32,303 nt of DNA from a virus (Duplodnaviria; Caudoviricetes): IMG/VR virus record IMGVR_UViG_3300027985_000710, positions 1 through 32,303 of that record; one strand, given 5' to 3'. Below, in pieces: positions 1-10,203 of this stretch. The notes under the pieces were generated by a model. The model was not told the origin of the DNA. It saw nothing but the letters and a program-made list of their open reading frames with translations, and did no database searches. The stretch's first letter is position 1. Every line of letters starts with the position of its first letter. The translations under genes were made by a program, and so were the position numbers.

Positions 1-144
1 CGATGACCCCACTATCTTCGATGCCCCTCCGGTGGCATCCCGGCCCACTGAGCCAAAGAGGGAGACGGATGCCGAAGCCTACGCACGCCTCAATGGTGCA
101 TCGGATGGATCCAGTGCCCCTAGCGGTGCTGGTGGGATGAGTGG
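1..144. repeat. Terminal direct repeat (assembly overlap), copy 1
   Basis: 1-144 is identical to 32160-32303, and the reading frame is continuous across the join. Confidence 0.97.
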
Positions 145-1633
145 CAATTCCCCACCGGCATCCGGTGCCTCAAGTGGTGCTGGCGGAATGAATGGTTCCC
201 ATCCTCCAGCCTCCCCCTATGGTGCTGCTGCTCCATTCTTTGAGCCTCAGAACCCGCTGGGGGTGGTGCTTCCTCCCTCGGCTCCATCGAACTACGCACG
301 CAATCCCAACGAGGGTGGTGGTGCGAGTGCACCCCGGCCGGCAGGACCAAGCTACCACACGATCAAGGGTGGACCTCGGACGGCACAGTGGGGCTACCAG
401 TACCGCAACGTCCCAGAGGAGGCCCGTGAGTCCATGATGGCTGCCCAGGATGATGCGGCCATGGCTAATCAGATGGGAGCCCTTGAGGGCCATGCTGATT
501 GGGAGCGCCAGAACAAGGCCCACGAGGACGCCAACATCACCTTGGCCCAGATGGATGCCGAAAACAGCCAAAAGGAAGCCAAGCGCCTCCAAGAGCAACG
601 ATACCGTAGGGAGCAATTGGATCGTGAGGTGTCGGAGCTGGAGACGGACGTCAACCCCAACAACTATTGGGAGAACAAGTCAACATTGTCCAAGATCCTG
701 CTGTCGGTTGCCATCGGGGCCGGTGCCCTCGGTGGTGCGATGACGGGCCAAGGTGGAAATCAGGCCCTCGGGATTGTCAATGACCAAATCGGACGGGACA
801 TTGATGCCCAGAAGGAAGCCATCAAGAACAAGAAGGCCAAGCTGGACCGTAAGGAGTCCCTCTATGCTCGGATGCTGGACCACTACGGTGATGAGCGGAG
901 GGCGGAGCTGGCAACCCGTGCGGCCATGATGGGACGCATTGAAAGGGAAATGGGTCTGCTCGCCAATGAGGCCAAGGACCCAACCCGAGCGTCCCAGATT
1001 ACGCGGATGCAAGCCGAAGCCAAGATGGCTCGTGGTCAGATGATCAATGAGCTGGACGGTCGCAACGTCTCGGAGACGGTGGTCAACGTCCCTGACCGGA
1101 CCATCGCGGTAGGTGGAACCCCGGCCCAGAAGCCGGACAAGGCCGGCGCCAAGGCGTACGCGGCAGATCGGGCCAAGTACACCTTGGATGAATTCGATCC
1201 CCTCTACCGGGAGGGAATCACCCGCATGAGGCGTTACGGCAAGGGGCAGGATGTCCCCGGCCTGAGAGCCTCGGACCGGTGGATCGTGGACAACGTCCCC
1301 GGGGGCATTGCCGCCCTCAGGGCCAAGGCCGGGGATGAGGCCGCCGATAACTACCAGTGGAGCATTGCAATGGGCAACAAGGTTCTCCGTGCTGAGTCCG
1401 GCGCCGTCATCTCCCCCGATGAGGCCCGGAAGAAGGCCGTGGAATTGTTCGGTGATGGAACCTCGGAACAGGTCCAGAACGGCATGCGTCGCGCTGACAC
1501 GGTCCGCCGTAGCCGTGAGGATAACCTTGCAAGGGGCCATGGTCCGGCAGCCGTCCAGACCTATTGGGGCAACCCCTCAGCACGCGACAACACACCACCG
1601 GACGTGGGCTTCCGTGGAGCTGGAAACGAGTAG
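1..1633 (+). CDS. Internal virion/DNA ejection protein, 3' part (true start 31933, about 619 aa)
   Basis: Frame continues from ATG 31933 across the overlap. Gly/Ser/Pro-rich N-terminus, coiled coils and a hydrophobic segment (ILLSVAIGAGALGGAM). Lies after the nozzle genes. Confidence 0.7.
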   Translation, partial: DDPTIFDAPPVASRPTEPKRETDAEAYARLNGASDGSSAPSGAGGMSGNSPPASGASSGAGGMNGSHPPASPYGAAAPFFEPQNPLGVVLPPSAPSNYARNPNEGGGASAPRPAGPSYHTIKGGPRTAQWGYQYRNVPEEARESMMAAQDDAAMANQMGALEGHADWERQNKAHEDANITLAQMDAENSQKEAKRLQEQRYRREQLDREVSELETDVNPNNYWENKSTLSKILLSVAIGAGALGGAMTGQGGNQALGIVNDQIGRDIDAQKEAIKNKKAKLDRKESLYARMLDHYGDERRAELATRAAMMGRIEREMGLLANEAKDPTRASQITRMQAEAKMARGQMINELDGRNVSETVVNVPDRTIAVGGTPAQKPDKAGAKAYAADRAKYTLDEFDPLYREGITRMRRYGKGQDVPGLRASDRWIVDNVPGGIAALRAKAGDEAADNYQWSIAMGNKVLRAESGAVISPDEARKKAVELFGDGTSEQVQNGMRRADTVRRSREDNLARGHGPAAVQTYWGNPSARDNTPPDVGFRGAGNE

Positions 1634-1636
1634 ACC

Positions 1637-4489
1637 ATGCCAATCACCGTATGGGACAACGAAGCCGGCAAGGAAGTCCAGGTCAATGAGTCTGAGCTGG
1701 CCTCCGGCTATCAGGCGGGACGCTACCGTGTCCAAGAGGGCCAAGCTATCCCCGTCATGGACCCATACGGGGCTGTGGGCACTATCGACGCCTCCAGGGC
1801 CGCCGAAGCATTTGGTGCCGGCTACGAGGTAGTCCCGGACGCTGTCTACCAGGACGCACGCAACAGAGCGATCTACGGGGACACCGGCTCTCAGATTGCA
1901 GCTGGTGCTGAGGGTGTGGCCCGTGGTCTGTCCCTCGGATTCTACGATGCGGCAGCCAACGCCATTGACCCAGAGTATGCACGTGAGGCCCAGCTCCGTG
2001 CTGAAATCAACCCAACCACGGCCGTAGCTGGCGAAATCGGTGGTGCCCTCCTCCCCATCCTGCTGTCCGGTGGTAGTGGTGCTGCTGTCGAAGGTGGGAG
2101 CCTAGGGGCTCGTGGCGCGGCCCTAGCGGCCCGTGGCGCCCGTGCCGCAACGGCCCTGCCCCGTGCGGCTTCGGCCCTTGGCCGGGCCGCTGGCTCTGGC
2201 GCTGAGAGGCTCGTAGGCACTGAGGCCGGTTCCCTCTTGGGGCGCGTCGCTCAGAAGGCCATCGTGACCGGTGTCGAGGGTGCGGCGGAGTCCCTTCCCT
2301 ATGCAATCGGCCATGGGGTGTCAGAGGCTTCCCTTCACCCGGAGAAGACATCGGAGCAGATCCTGGCCGGCATCGGCCTTGAGACCCTCATGGGTGGCCT
2401 TGCCGGTGGTGTGCTGGGTGGTGGTGCCAAGCTTGGTTCTGAGTCCTACCAGAGAATTGCACGCGCTGTTTTTGGTGAAGGCACCCACCCTCGCCTTGGT
2501 GAGGCCATCGTCAAGGGAATGTCTGCCCTCTCGGGGGACAGCGCGGATGACATCTCCCGGATTGCGATGGGTGATGCCGGTGAGGGCTTCTTCTCAGCAT
2601 CCGCAAGGAAGAATCGCCAATTGGCTTTCCACGAGGGCCAAGGGGTCCGGGACCGTGTTGCCCGTGACCTCACTGAGTCACTGGATGATGCCCGTGCCGC
2701 TTTGAGCAACATCCAGGAAAACTACATGGGTCTCTCCAAGATCGATGCTGTGGACAAACTCCTCCCCAAGGAGACACGGCAAGCCCAGATCATCGCCAAC
2801 AGGAACTACCTCAAGGTGGTGGATGAAGCTCTGGAGAAGATGGCCGGGTCCAAGGGGACCGTCTTCAAGAGCCAGCTCAAGGACCTCAGGGACGTCGTGA
2901 AGGCCCAACGGGGCCGCCTGGAAGCGTCAATCCGGGGCCGTGGCGCTACGGCTGCCGGGCCGGAGGCCACCGGCTATGCCGCGCTCGATGAAGTCAAGCG
3001 ACGCTTGCAAGGTGCCATCGAGGCCAGCACGGCTAGCCTCCAACGCTCCCCAAAGGTGAAGGTCCAGGCATACGGAAAGCAGACCATTGACCACCTGGAG
3101 GGCCTCCAGGAGCAGATCCGCCAACACCTGATGAACGAGGATCTGTTCGGCATGGCTGCCGTTGCACAACGGGAGGTCAATGACCCCTGGATGCGGATGA
3201 TTGCGGCCAATAAGAACCTCAGCCAACGGGCCAGGCTCTTCCAGCAGTTCAAGGCTGGTGAGGTCGCAGAATACGGCAACCAATGGCGTGCTGACCCCGA
3301 GCAAATCACACGCTACCTGGACAGCATCACAGACCCCAAGAAGGACCTGGTCCATTCGGACCTAAAGCAGTGGTTGGATCAGGGTGAAAAGTTCTCCGCT
3401 GCTGTGGGCAAGTACGGATCAAAGGGTGAGTTCGCCGATGAGACGTTGGGAGCGGCCGTCAAGAAGTACCAGGACGCCGTAGGGCGCATCCGTGGGGGCC
3501 TCGGTGAGGTTGAGGATGCGATCGTCCTCCAAAACCAAGCCAAGGCCCTGTCCACAAGCGGAATATTCGAAGGGTCCGATCTGGGCCTCGGAGCTGGGCT
3601 CTCCTACGTGGCTGACTCGGTTGTGCCCTTCGCGGCATCCGGGGTGGTGGGTGGCCTCAAGGGGGCTGCCAACGCCCTCTCAGCCCCCGGTAAGACCCTC
3701 CGCCAGCTTGCCGCAATCGAGCGCCTTGCCTCCGGCGTGTCGAGCAAGATGGACGGTGGTGTCACCAAGTACATCAACGCGGTTAAGAAGGCTGCCCAGA
3801 CAGGATCGTATGTCTCCAAGAAGGCTGCCGTTCGTGGGGCCGGAGTGGCCTCAAGAAGGAAGGACACCAAGGAGAGCAACCGGAAGGCATACGAACGCAC
3901 GAAGGCCCGTCTAGAGGCCGCCAAGGCGGACCCTGAGGGTGTTCGAGAGCGGTTGGCCCGTAGCACCCGGAACATTGCCGCCGATGCCCCCCAAATCACC
4001 GAAGCCCTCCATGCACGGGCCATCAAGGCCAATGACTTCTTGGAAAGCAAGCTCCCCAAGACTCCCGAGGCTTCAAGTCCGTGGCGCAAGCCCACCCTCT
4101 TGGACTCGGAGCTTGCGAAATACGCAAAGTACGTCCGAGCCACGGAGGACCCCGTTGGGACCCTCTCCAAGGAGCTGGATGACGGCACCCTCAGCCGGGA
4201 GACGATGGAGACGCTAGACGCCCTCTACCCGGAGATGGCCCAGGACGTCCGCACCAGTGTCACCGAGCAACTGGCCTCGATGAAGGATCCACCTCCCTAC
4301 CCGGAGAGGGTCCGGCTATCTATCCTCTTGGGGACACCGTTGGATGACAGCCTCAACCCGGCCAAGGTGGCGATCTACCAAAACAGCTACACCATGCCCG
4401 AACCCCCGAAGCCAAGGCCGATGGGTGGGTCCGCCATGGAGAGCATCTCCAAGAACTACGAGACGACACTCAACCGCCTGTCCGTGTAG
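1637..4489 (+). CDS. Large internal virion/DNA ejection protein (950 aa)
   Basis: Long Ala/Gly-rich helical ORF with small-residue hydrophobic stretches. Third and largest gene of the ejection-protein position in podovirus gene order. Confidence 0.7.
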   Translation: MPITVWDNEAGKEVQVNESELASGYQAGRYRVQEGQAIPVMDPYGAVGTIDASRAAEAFGAGYEVVPDAVYQDARNRAIYGDTGSQIAAGAEGVARGLSLGFYDAAANAIDPEYAREAQLRAEINPTTAVAGEIGGALLPILLSGGSGAAVEGGSLGARGAALAARGARAATALPRAASALGRAAGSGAERLVGTEAGSLLGRVAQKAIVTGVEGAAESLPYAIGHGVSEASLHPEKTSEQILAGIGLETLMGGLAGGVLGGGAKLGSESYQRIARAVFGEGTHPRLGEAIVKGMSALSGDSADDISRIAMGDAGEGFFSASARKNRQLAFHEGQGVRDRVARDLTESLDDARAALSNIQENYMGLSKIDAVDKLLPKETRQAQIIANRNYLKVVDEALEKMAGSKGTVFKSQLKDLRDVVKAQRGRLEASIRGRGATAAGPEATGYAALDEVKRRLQGAIEASTASLQRSPKVKVQAYGKQTIDHLEGLQEQIRQHLMNEDLFGMAAVAQREVNDPWMRMIAANKNLSQRARLFQQFKAGEVAEYGNQWRADPEQITRYLDSITDPKKDLVHSDLKQWLDQGEKFSAAVGKYGSKGEFADETLGAAVKKYQDAVGRIRGGLGEVEDAIVLQNQAKALSTSGIFEGSDLGLGAGLSYVADSVVPFAASGVVGGLKGAANALSAPGKTLRQLAAIERLASGVSSKMDGGVTKYINAVKKAAQTGSYVSKKAAVRGAGVASRRKDTKESNRKAYERTKARLEAAKADPEGVRERLARSTRNIAADAPQITEALHARAIKANDFLESKLPKTPEASSPWRKPTLLDSELAKYAKYVRATEDPVGTLSKELDDGTLSRETMETLDALYPEMAQDVRTSVTEQLASMKDPPPYPERVRLSILLGTPLDDSLNPAKVAIYQNSYTMPEPPKPRPMGGSAMESISKNYETTLNRLSV

Positions 4490-4513
4490 GGACGGCACGT
4501 AAGGATCGAAGCC

Positions 4514-4903
4514 ATGGGATACGAAGCACACGGACTTAGCAAGTTGGTCTACGATACGGCCGTTGCAGCTGGGACCCAATACTACCCAGACCCCGATGGG
4601 GCCGGATGCCTGGAGATGGGTGGCCGGACCGTCGCCACACTCATGCTCAAGACAGCAGCCGGCACCACCACCACGATCGAAGCTACCCTCATGAGGGGCA
4701 CCCCGGCCGATGGTGTGGCGGAGGAGTGGAAGGACATCACCCTGTCCTTCCAGGACTTGGCAACGGGGTCCGGCGCGAGCGCCAGCTACACGGACACTAC
4801 GGCCATCCTCCAGGCCAACGGCCTGAACATTCACAAGCTCCGGATCAAGTCCGTCACGACGGGCGGAGCATCGACTGAGGGCTACTGGCTCCGGGCCATG
4901 TAG
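4514..4903 (+). CDS. Hypothetical virion protein (129 aa, beta-rich)
   Basis: ATG with AAGGA upstream, Thr/Ala-rich, between ejection and receptor-binding genes. Confidence 0.65.
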   Translation: MGYEAHGLSKLVYDTAVAAGTQYYPDPDGAGCLEMGGRTVATLMLKTAAGTTTTIEATLMRGTPADGVAEEWKDITLSFQDLATGSGASASYTDTTAILQANGLNIHKLRIKSVTTGGASTEGYWLRAM

Positions 4904-4995
4904 GCCGGTGCGTGACTGATTGACTGACTGACACATAACCAACCCCGCGAGACGTGCGGCCCAGGCCAGCAATGGGGTTGAAAAAGGCATGAAGC

Positions 4996-7764
4996 ATGGT
5001 CGCACGTCTCTATCCGCGAAAGAACATTGGGACCCGAGTCAAGGGCGCATCCAAGGCCATCGGGATCGGCTTCGGTGGGTCCAGGTGGGACCCGTCCAAG
5101 CTCGGTGATGCCTTCTGGTTGGACCCCGTGGGACGGGCGGACCTGGTCACGTATGCGGCACAGCCGACATGGCCAGACGGTGATATGGAGGCTGCTGGGA
5201 CAGCTAGCTGGCAGGACCTCTACAACGCCCCGGACCTGCTGACTAAGGAACCTGGATCTGCGACCGGTTCGGGATCGCAGGTCCTGCGGCTAGGTGTAAG
5301 TCCTGCGACGATTGTGGACGCCGCTCAGCTCGGGACCGGAGCTGCCATAGGGAATCGAGAGCGGCACACATTTTGGTCAAGGGCTGATGCAAGTTACAAC
5401 GCCGCTATAGCGGACCAGGGGGCTAACAGCGTCGCATTTGCTGTTAGCCCAGCATGGGCACAATTCGTAGCTGAATTTACGCCTACAACAGGTTGGCGCG
5501 ACATCCAAAAAGGCTCAACACGATCGGCCAATTGGCTGGATGTCGACAACTGGTCAATCGCCAACCTCTCAGTGGCATCCATCGAGCCCCGCACGGGGAT
5601 GCTCAACCGCTGCAATGACGGCAGGATGGAATACGCCGGGACATCACAGTGGGGAGTATGGGGATCGGCCACTCTGACGAAAGAGGCAGACCCGTACGAG
5701 GGAACCCAGTGCTTGCGAATTGCATATAATGGGGTGATTGATCCAGGGGCAACCAAGGGCGGCTTCACCTCAGGGCACACGTACAGGGTTGCTGGCGTTG
5801 CTCGCAGCGACGGAACCCAAGTCCCTTATATCTACCACGGAGGGTCGTCTACTACCATTTGGACGGGCACTAATTCTACAGACTGGCAACCGTTCGACGT
5901 GACGTTTGTGTCCACTGGTGCAGCGAGTGAGATCCGTTTCTATTCTGGGTCCAGTGCTGGCTACGTCGAATTCGACGCCATCGAGGTCTATGACTTGGAT
6001 GCCCCGGCCGGGACCGTGGGTCAGGCCACGGCCACCAAGCAGGGCTGGATCGATCCTGACACCGGGTGGGTACGGTTCGATGGGACGGCGGACCTGGAGT
6101 ATTCGAGCCTCCCTCTTGGGGCCTTCGATTTCCTTCACGATGGCCGTGAATGGTCCTTCGGTGCTGCCGTCCTCATCCCCGATCTTTCATCCGCAGCCAC
6201 GCACCAGGTGTTCGGCAACATCTACATTGTTGGCTCCAACTTCGGTGCGAGTCTGCTGGTCCGAAGCACCGGGCAAATCTCAATGTACATCGGCAACGGC
6301 ACGGCATCACCGGCCGTGAACAACGCCGCAAGTGCTACAGGAGTCATCGCCAGCGGAGTCCCAGCAATCATCACCGGGTCCTACGACACAACGACTGGAC
6401 ACGTGCACGTGTGGGTTGATGGGGTGCTGGTCATTGATCAAGCGCCTACAGCCTCCATGGTGGCCGGCCTGCCTCAATACGCAATGTCCTTCGGGGGGTC
6501 CCTTGGTGCCGGCTACTACATGGCAGGCATGCACGCCGATGTGATCCTCCGCCCGTCTGCCCTCACGGACACCGAGCGGACCAACCTGGAGCGGTTCCTC
6601 TCGAACAAGCACAGGATCCCACTGGCCTCCGATCCCCTCTCGGATGCGGAGCTTGAGGGATGGACGGGGCTGGTCACCTGGGTGGACCCGTCCTACTCCG
6701 GGACCTACACGTATGCGGCCCAGCCGACACTGGCAGACGCTGACATGGAGGCAGCCGGGACGAGTAGCTGGGCCTACATGGCAGATCGCTGTGCGCTCTC
6801 GAAAGAGACGGCGGACCCACCGGAGACCGGGTCGCGGTATCTCAAGATCCTGACTACGGGATTGTTGGACTTTTCCTGGGCGTACCAGAATGTTTGCACA
6901 GTAGGCGCACGCTACAGCATCTCAGGATGGGCAAGATCCACGAATCAAAGTGGTAACATCTACATAGGTTCTAGCTTCAGTGAACAGGTGGCTACCAACG
7001 GTGCGCCGTGGACCGCTTTCTCCAAAGAGGGAACGACGTCTGATTCGTATGCGTACTTTGGCAGCTCAAGTAATGCGTTGGGCAGCATCTCTGAGTGGGA
7101 CAACATCACGATGACGTCCCCTTCCCTCGCAGCCGTCACCCCGAGGGCCGGGTCGGTCACCGATGACTTCGCCAATGCCACAGCAACGGCGATGCCCTGG
7201 GAGGACAGCACGACGGGAGCGATCCGATACGTCAACGACTATGTTGACTCCGGGGCAGCCGCTGCAAGCTGGAAGTGCTTGCATGACAATACGGCCGCCT
7301 CTGGCTTCTTCGTGTTCACGCCTGACGCGTCAGGAGACGGTACCTGGCGTGGTCTCGTTGCTACCGGAGGGTCCGCGTCGGCAGATGCCCACTTTGTCCT
7401 CAGGCTGGCAGACAATAATAGAGCTGTTGTGCTTGTTGGGAGCGGGGTATCGTGGGTAGTTCTTGATCAAGGGAGTGCCGCCGGGTCAGTCCTGGGTGGT
7501 TCCACGTATTTGGTTGAATGGCACAAGGACGCATCCGGCACATATCAGGTGTGGTTGAACGGCACGAGCGTCGCCTCTTCATCGGCAACGTTCTCCGCCT
7601 CCAACCCACCGGTCACGCTTAGACTCGGGGATCAAAGCCCAGCAGCATACCCGTTCGTTGGGCAGCAATGGGACACTTTGGTGCTCAGTCGCCAACTCTC
7701 CCTCACCGAGAAGACCAGGCTCCGCACCAAGCTCGCAAACAAGCACGGTATCACCCTCCCCTGA
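4996..7764 (+). CDS. Tail fibre/receptor-binding protein with carbohydrate-binding jelly-roll and LamG/ConA-like domains (922 aa)
   Basis: Three D-x-x-M-E-x-A-G-T-x-x-W CBM-like starts; two ConA-like blocks (VWVDG, VWLNG); repeated end motif (LERFLSNKHRI, LRTKLANKHGI); Trp/Gly/Ser/Thr-rich. Confidence 0.75.
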   Translation: MVARLYPRKNIGTRVKGASKAIGIGFGGSRWDPSKLGDAFWLDPVGRADLVTYAAQPTWPDGDMEAAGTASWQDLYNAPDLLTKEPGSATGSGSQVLRLGVSPATIVDAAQLGTGAAIGNRERHTFWSRADASYNAAIADQGANSVAFAVSPAWAQFVAEFTPTTGWRDIQKGSTRSANWLDVDNWSIANLSVASIEPRTGMLNRCNDGRMEYAGTSQWGVWGSATLTKEADPYEGTQCLRIAYNGVIDPGATKGGFTSGHTYRVAGVARSDGTQVPYIYHGGSSTTIWTGTNSTDWQPFDVTFVSTGAASEIRFYSGSSAGYVEFDAIEVYDLDAPAGTVGQATATKQGWIDPDTGWVRFDGTADLEYSSLPLGAFDFLHDGREWSFGAAVLIPDLSSAATHQVFGNIYIVGSNFGASLLVRSTGQISMYIGNGTASPAVNNAASATGVIASGVPAIITGSYDTTTGHVHVWVDGVLVIDQAPTASMVAGLPQYAMSFGGSLGAGYYMAGMHADVILRPSALTDTERTNLERFLSNKHRIPLASDPLSDAELEGWTGLVTWVDPSYSGTYTYAAQPTLADADMEAAGTSSWAYMADRCALSKETADPPETGSRYLKILTTGLLDFSWAYQNVCTVGARYSISGWARSTNQSGNIYIGSSFSEQVATNGAPWTAFSKEGTTSDSYAYFGSSSNALGSISEWDNITMTSPSLAAVTPRAGSVTDDFANATATAMPWEDSTTGAIRYVNDYVDSGAAAASWKCLHDNTAASGFFVFTPDASGDGTWRGLVATGGSASADAHFVLRLADNNRAVVLVGSGVSWVVLDQGSAAGSVLGGSTYLVEWHKDASGTYQVWLNGTSVASSSATFSASNPPVTLRLGDQSPAAYPFVGQQWDTLVLSRQLSLTEKTRLRTKLANKHGITLP

Positions 7765-7774
7765 GGTACCCATC

Positions 7775-8134
7775 ATGGCAAAGATTCTAGAGACCAAAGA
7801 CCAAACAATCCTCCTGGACGTCAAGGCGATCCAGGATGAGGACGGGGGAGCCACCCTCAATGGTCAGCCCCGCATCGGCTGCAAGAAGATCGGCGGAGTC
7901 TACATCCCCCTGGACCAGCTCCCCGGTTACGACCCCTCCAAGTGGCGAGGGACCAAAGAGGTCTACGCCGTGGAGACGGACGAGACGGACCCCACCCTCA
8001 AGCGCCTCCAGCTCACGGACGATGTGGTGAGCAAGATTGAAGCCGCCAAGCTCAAGCCGGCCAATGAGAGGGACGACAAAGAGACCAAATTGGCAAAGGC
8101 GGAGCTGGTCAAGGACAAGCCCCCGAAGGAGTAG
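7775..8134 (+). CDS. Hypothetical protein (119 aa), possible fibre-associated protein
   Basis: ATG 7775 preceded by GAGG, directly after the fibre stop. Confidence 0.7.
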   Translation: MAKILETKDQTILLDVKAIQDEDGGATLNGQPRIGCKKIGGVYIPLDQLPGYDPSKWRGTKEVYAVETDETDPTLKRLQLTDDVVSKIEAAKLKPANERDDKETKLAKAELVKDKPPKE

Positions 8135-8139
8135 CCCTC

Positions 8140-8379
8140 ATGGACACCATCACACACTGGGCCTCTGTTGCCCTCGCCTGGGCTGTAGCCCACCCGGAGT
8201 GGTCAATCCCCATTGCCGTCTACCTGGTGGTCAACGTGATGCCCAGGAAGCCACCAACGAATCCAACGTTGCGGCGTCTGTGGGGGGTCTCAGAGCGCCT
8301 CATGATGCTCTCATGGGATAGGTGGGGTGGACGGCTCAAGGCCCTCGGACTCGTGCTTCCTGAGGCCCCAAAGGAGTAG
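8140..8379 (+). CDS. Small membrane protein, holin candidate
   Basis: AAGGAG RBS, hydrophobic N-terminal half, start of the lysis cluster. Confidence 0.5.
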   Translation: MDTITHWASVALAWAVAHPEWSIPIAVYLVVNVMPRKPPTNPTLRRLWGVSERLMMLSWDRWGGRLKALGLVLPEAPKE

Positions 8380-8384
8380 ACGCA

Positions 8385-8693
8385 ATGACCCGTGACCCGA
8401 GCTATCCCGAGGGAGAACGGTGCCTTCTTCACGCAAGAGAGGTGACCGAAGCCAAGCAAGCCGTTGCCGAGCTGAAGTCCGACGTCCGAGATCTCAAGGA
8501 AGACAGGGACCGTGACAGCGGCTTCGTGAGGGACATCCGGGACCGGCTCGTGCGGGTGGAGGTCACCCTTGAGACATTGTCGAAGGTCATTACGAAGCAA
8601 ACGGACAGAGCCCAAGAGGCGTTCTTCAGATACGTATGGCCGATCATCCTCATCGTGTTGACGGCCGCCGTTACCTACTACCTCCAAAAATGA
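8385..8693 (+). CDS. Coiled-coil protein with C-terminal transmembrane helix (lysis-associated)
   Basis: AAGGAG RBS, heptad pattern, then YVWPIILIVLTAAVTYYL. Confidence 0.6.
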   Translation: MTRDPSYPEGERCLLHAREVTEAKQAVAELKSDVRDLKEDRDRDSGFVRDIRDRLVRVEVTLETLSKVITKQTDRAQEAFFRYVWPIILIVLTAAVTYYLQK

Positions 8694-9037
8694 AGATGGG
8701 AATCCCAATGACCCGCAAAGAAGTGATCGCCATCGTTTCAGGCTCTTTCCTCGGTGGCCTGTGCCTGCCCCTCATCTGGGGTTGCAACAACCACACAGTC
8801 CAGGACACCACCCCCCAGGTCATCGAGATCCTGGCGGAGAACTGTGTCACCATCGCCACCCTTCACGGCCGGGAGGACATTGCCAAAGCTTGCCAACTTG
8901 CAAGCTCGGGATCGGAGTTGCTCCGGCTCATCCTCAAGGCCCAGGAGGCCAAGGCGCTCCAGGCCGAAGGTCCCGTCTGCCCCGTCGACACCCCTCACAC
9001 GGAGGAGCCGGACTCGGCACCGGCTGAGGACCAGTGA
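8690..9037 (+). CDS. Putative lipoprotein, spanin candidate (start may be 8708)
   Basis: ATGA overlap with the previous stop, basic-hydrophobic signal ending LIWG-C, within the lysis cluster. Confidence 0.55.
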   Translation: MKMGIPMTRKEVIAIVSGSFLGGLCLPLIWGCNNHTVQDTTPQVIEILAENCVTIATLHGREDIAKACQLASSGSELLRLILKAQEAKALQAEGPVCPVDTPHTEEPDSAPAEDQ

Positions 9038-9753
9038 CCTACCCCAAAGGGTGGCCCCCCACCGAAACTACAAAGGTCACCTGGGACACCGGGGGCCAAG
9101 TCCTCAAGGGCCTCGATGAGGTCAGCCTAGCCTCCTACGTAGTGGGCATTGCCAGGGCTCTGGTGGGCCTAGGGGCCAATCCGGCAGACCCGGCTAGGCG
9201 TAGGGCCTACCTGGACCTCATTGGGCCGTTCAACGCGCCCCACGAGCAAGCAGACATGGCCCGCAAATCGGGGTGTGGGCTCACCACCCTAGGGCTGCTC
9301 CGATGTTGTGGCATCGGCAATGGCCCCGATGCCGGCCGTGAGGTCTGGGCGCCCTACAGGTCCGGATTTGCCTTCACAGATCTGGGCACTATTGGCCTGC
9401 GTTGTCACGCGCGGAAGAACTGGGACACGGAGCCGGTGCCGGCTGACATCGTCATCATCGGCACGGACCCCCCGGCCGGTGCCAGTCCGGAGGTCATCGC
9501 CCAGACCCGGGCCGGGTGGGGGATGCCGGGGCATGCCATCATCGTGACCAGTGTGATCGATGGCCGGGAGGTGGAGACGGTGGAAGGGGGCCAGCTCGAT
9601 GAGGAGGGCTTCCAGATCGTGAAGGCCAAGAGGCGGCCAATCATCCGCAAGGGCTCCCAGGTGTGGATCGGTGACCGGCGCGTGTATGCCGTGGTGAGGG
9701 TGCGGGAGATGGGCCAGTGGATGACGGAAGGGGCTACTTGGCCGATGCTTTAG
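9034..9753 (+). CDS. Endolysin candidate, CHAP/NlpC-P60-like cysteine peptidase
   Basis: Ordered motifs SGCGL (Cys), PVPADIVII, GHAIIV (His), VEGG (Glu). GTGA overlap; last gene of the late operon. Confidence 0.65.
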   Translation: MTYPKGWPPTETTKVTWDTGGQVLKGLDEVSLASYVVGIARALVGLGANPADPARRRAYLDLIGPFNAPHEQADMARKSGCGLTTLGLLRCCGIGNGPDAGREVWAPYRSGFAFTDLGTIGLRCHARKNWDTEPVPADIVIIGTDPPAGASPEVIAQTRAGWGMPGHAIIVTSVIDGREVETVEGGQLDEEGFQIVKAKRRPIIRKGSQVWIGDRRVYAVVRVREMGQWMTEGATWPML

Positions 9754-10063
9754 CTTTGGCTCGTGATTCAGCGATAGCCCGGCGGACATCCTGAGGGAGA
9801 ACCAGTGCTAGGGCGTGCGTTCCATCGTCCGTCTCCAGTTCACCGTGCCCGTGGACCTCGACAGTCACGCCGATCGTCGTGAACCTCATATCACTGGGCT
9901 CGGGGCCCCCATCGTAGTATCGGCCCCACGGGTTCCGCAGGACCCAGATGTAGGGCCAGTGATTGAAAGTGTGGCACGCATCGATCCAATCTAGACGGGC
10001 CTCCAGCTCATCCGCGTCGTAGTCGTAATACAGATCCACGTTCAAATCACGGCGTGCCCCCAT
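9734..10063 (-). CDS. Hypothetical protein (109 aa)
   Basis: ATG 10063 with strong GAGGAGG RBS; converges on the endolysin. Confidence 0.7.
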   Translation of the reverse strand: MGARRDLNVDLYYDYDADELEARLDWIDACHTFNHWPYIWVLRNPWGRYYDGGPEPSDMRFTTIGVTVEVHGHGELETDDGTHALALVLPQDVRRAIAESRAKAKASAK

Positions 10064-10203
10064 AGCGTCAATCCTCCTCAACCAGCATCGGCCCAGTTAT
10101 TGGGTCCGTTCGGTGCTGATGGCGGTACTACGACGGCCGGGGGTATGGAGTTCGGATTTATTTTTGGTGGGGGTGTCGATTTTCGAAACCGGCCCGCAAA
10201 TGG

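Noticed and set aside
121-214. Repeat SGAGGM.G..PPAS in the origin-spanning gene
   Set aside because: A degenerate two-copy coding duplication in a low-complexity linker, not a CRISPR or regulatory array.
5148-6771. Repeat pair in the fibre gene as a DGR template/variable repeat
   Set aside because: Mismatches are not adenine-specific, both copies are coding, and no reverse transcriptase is present.
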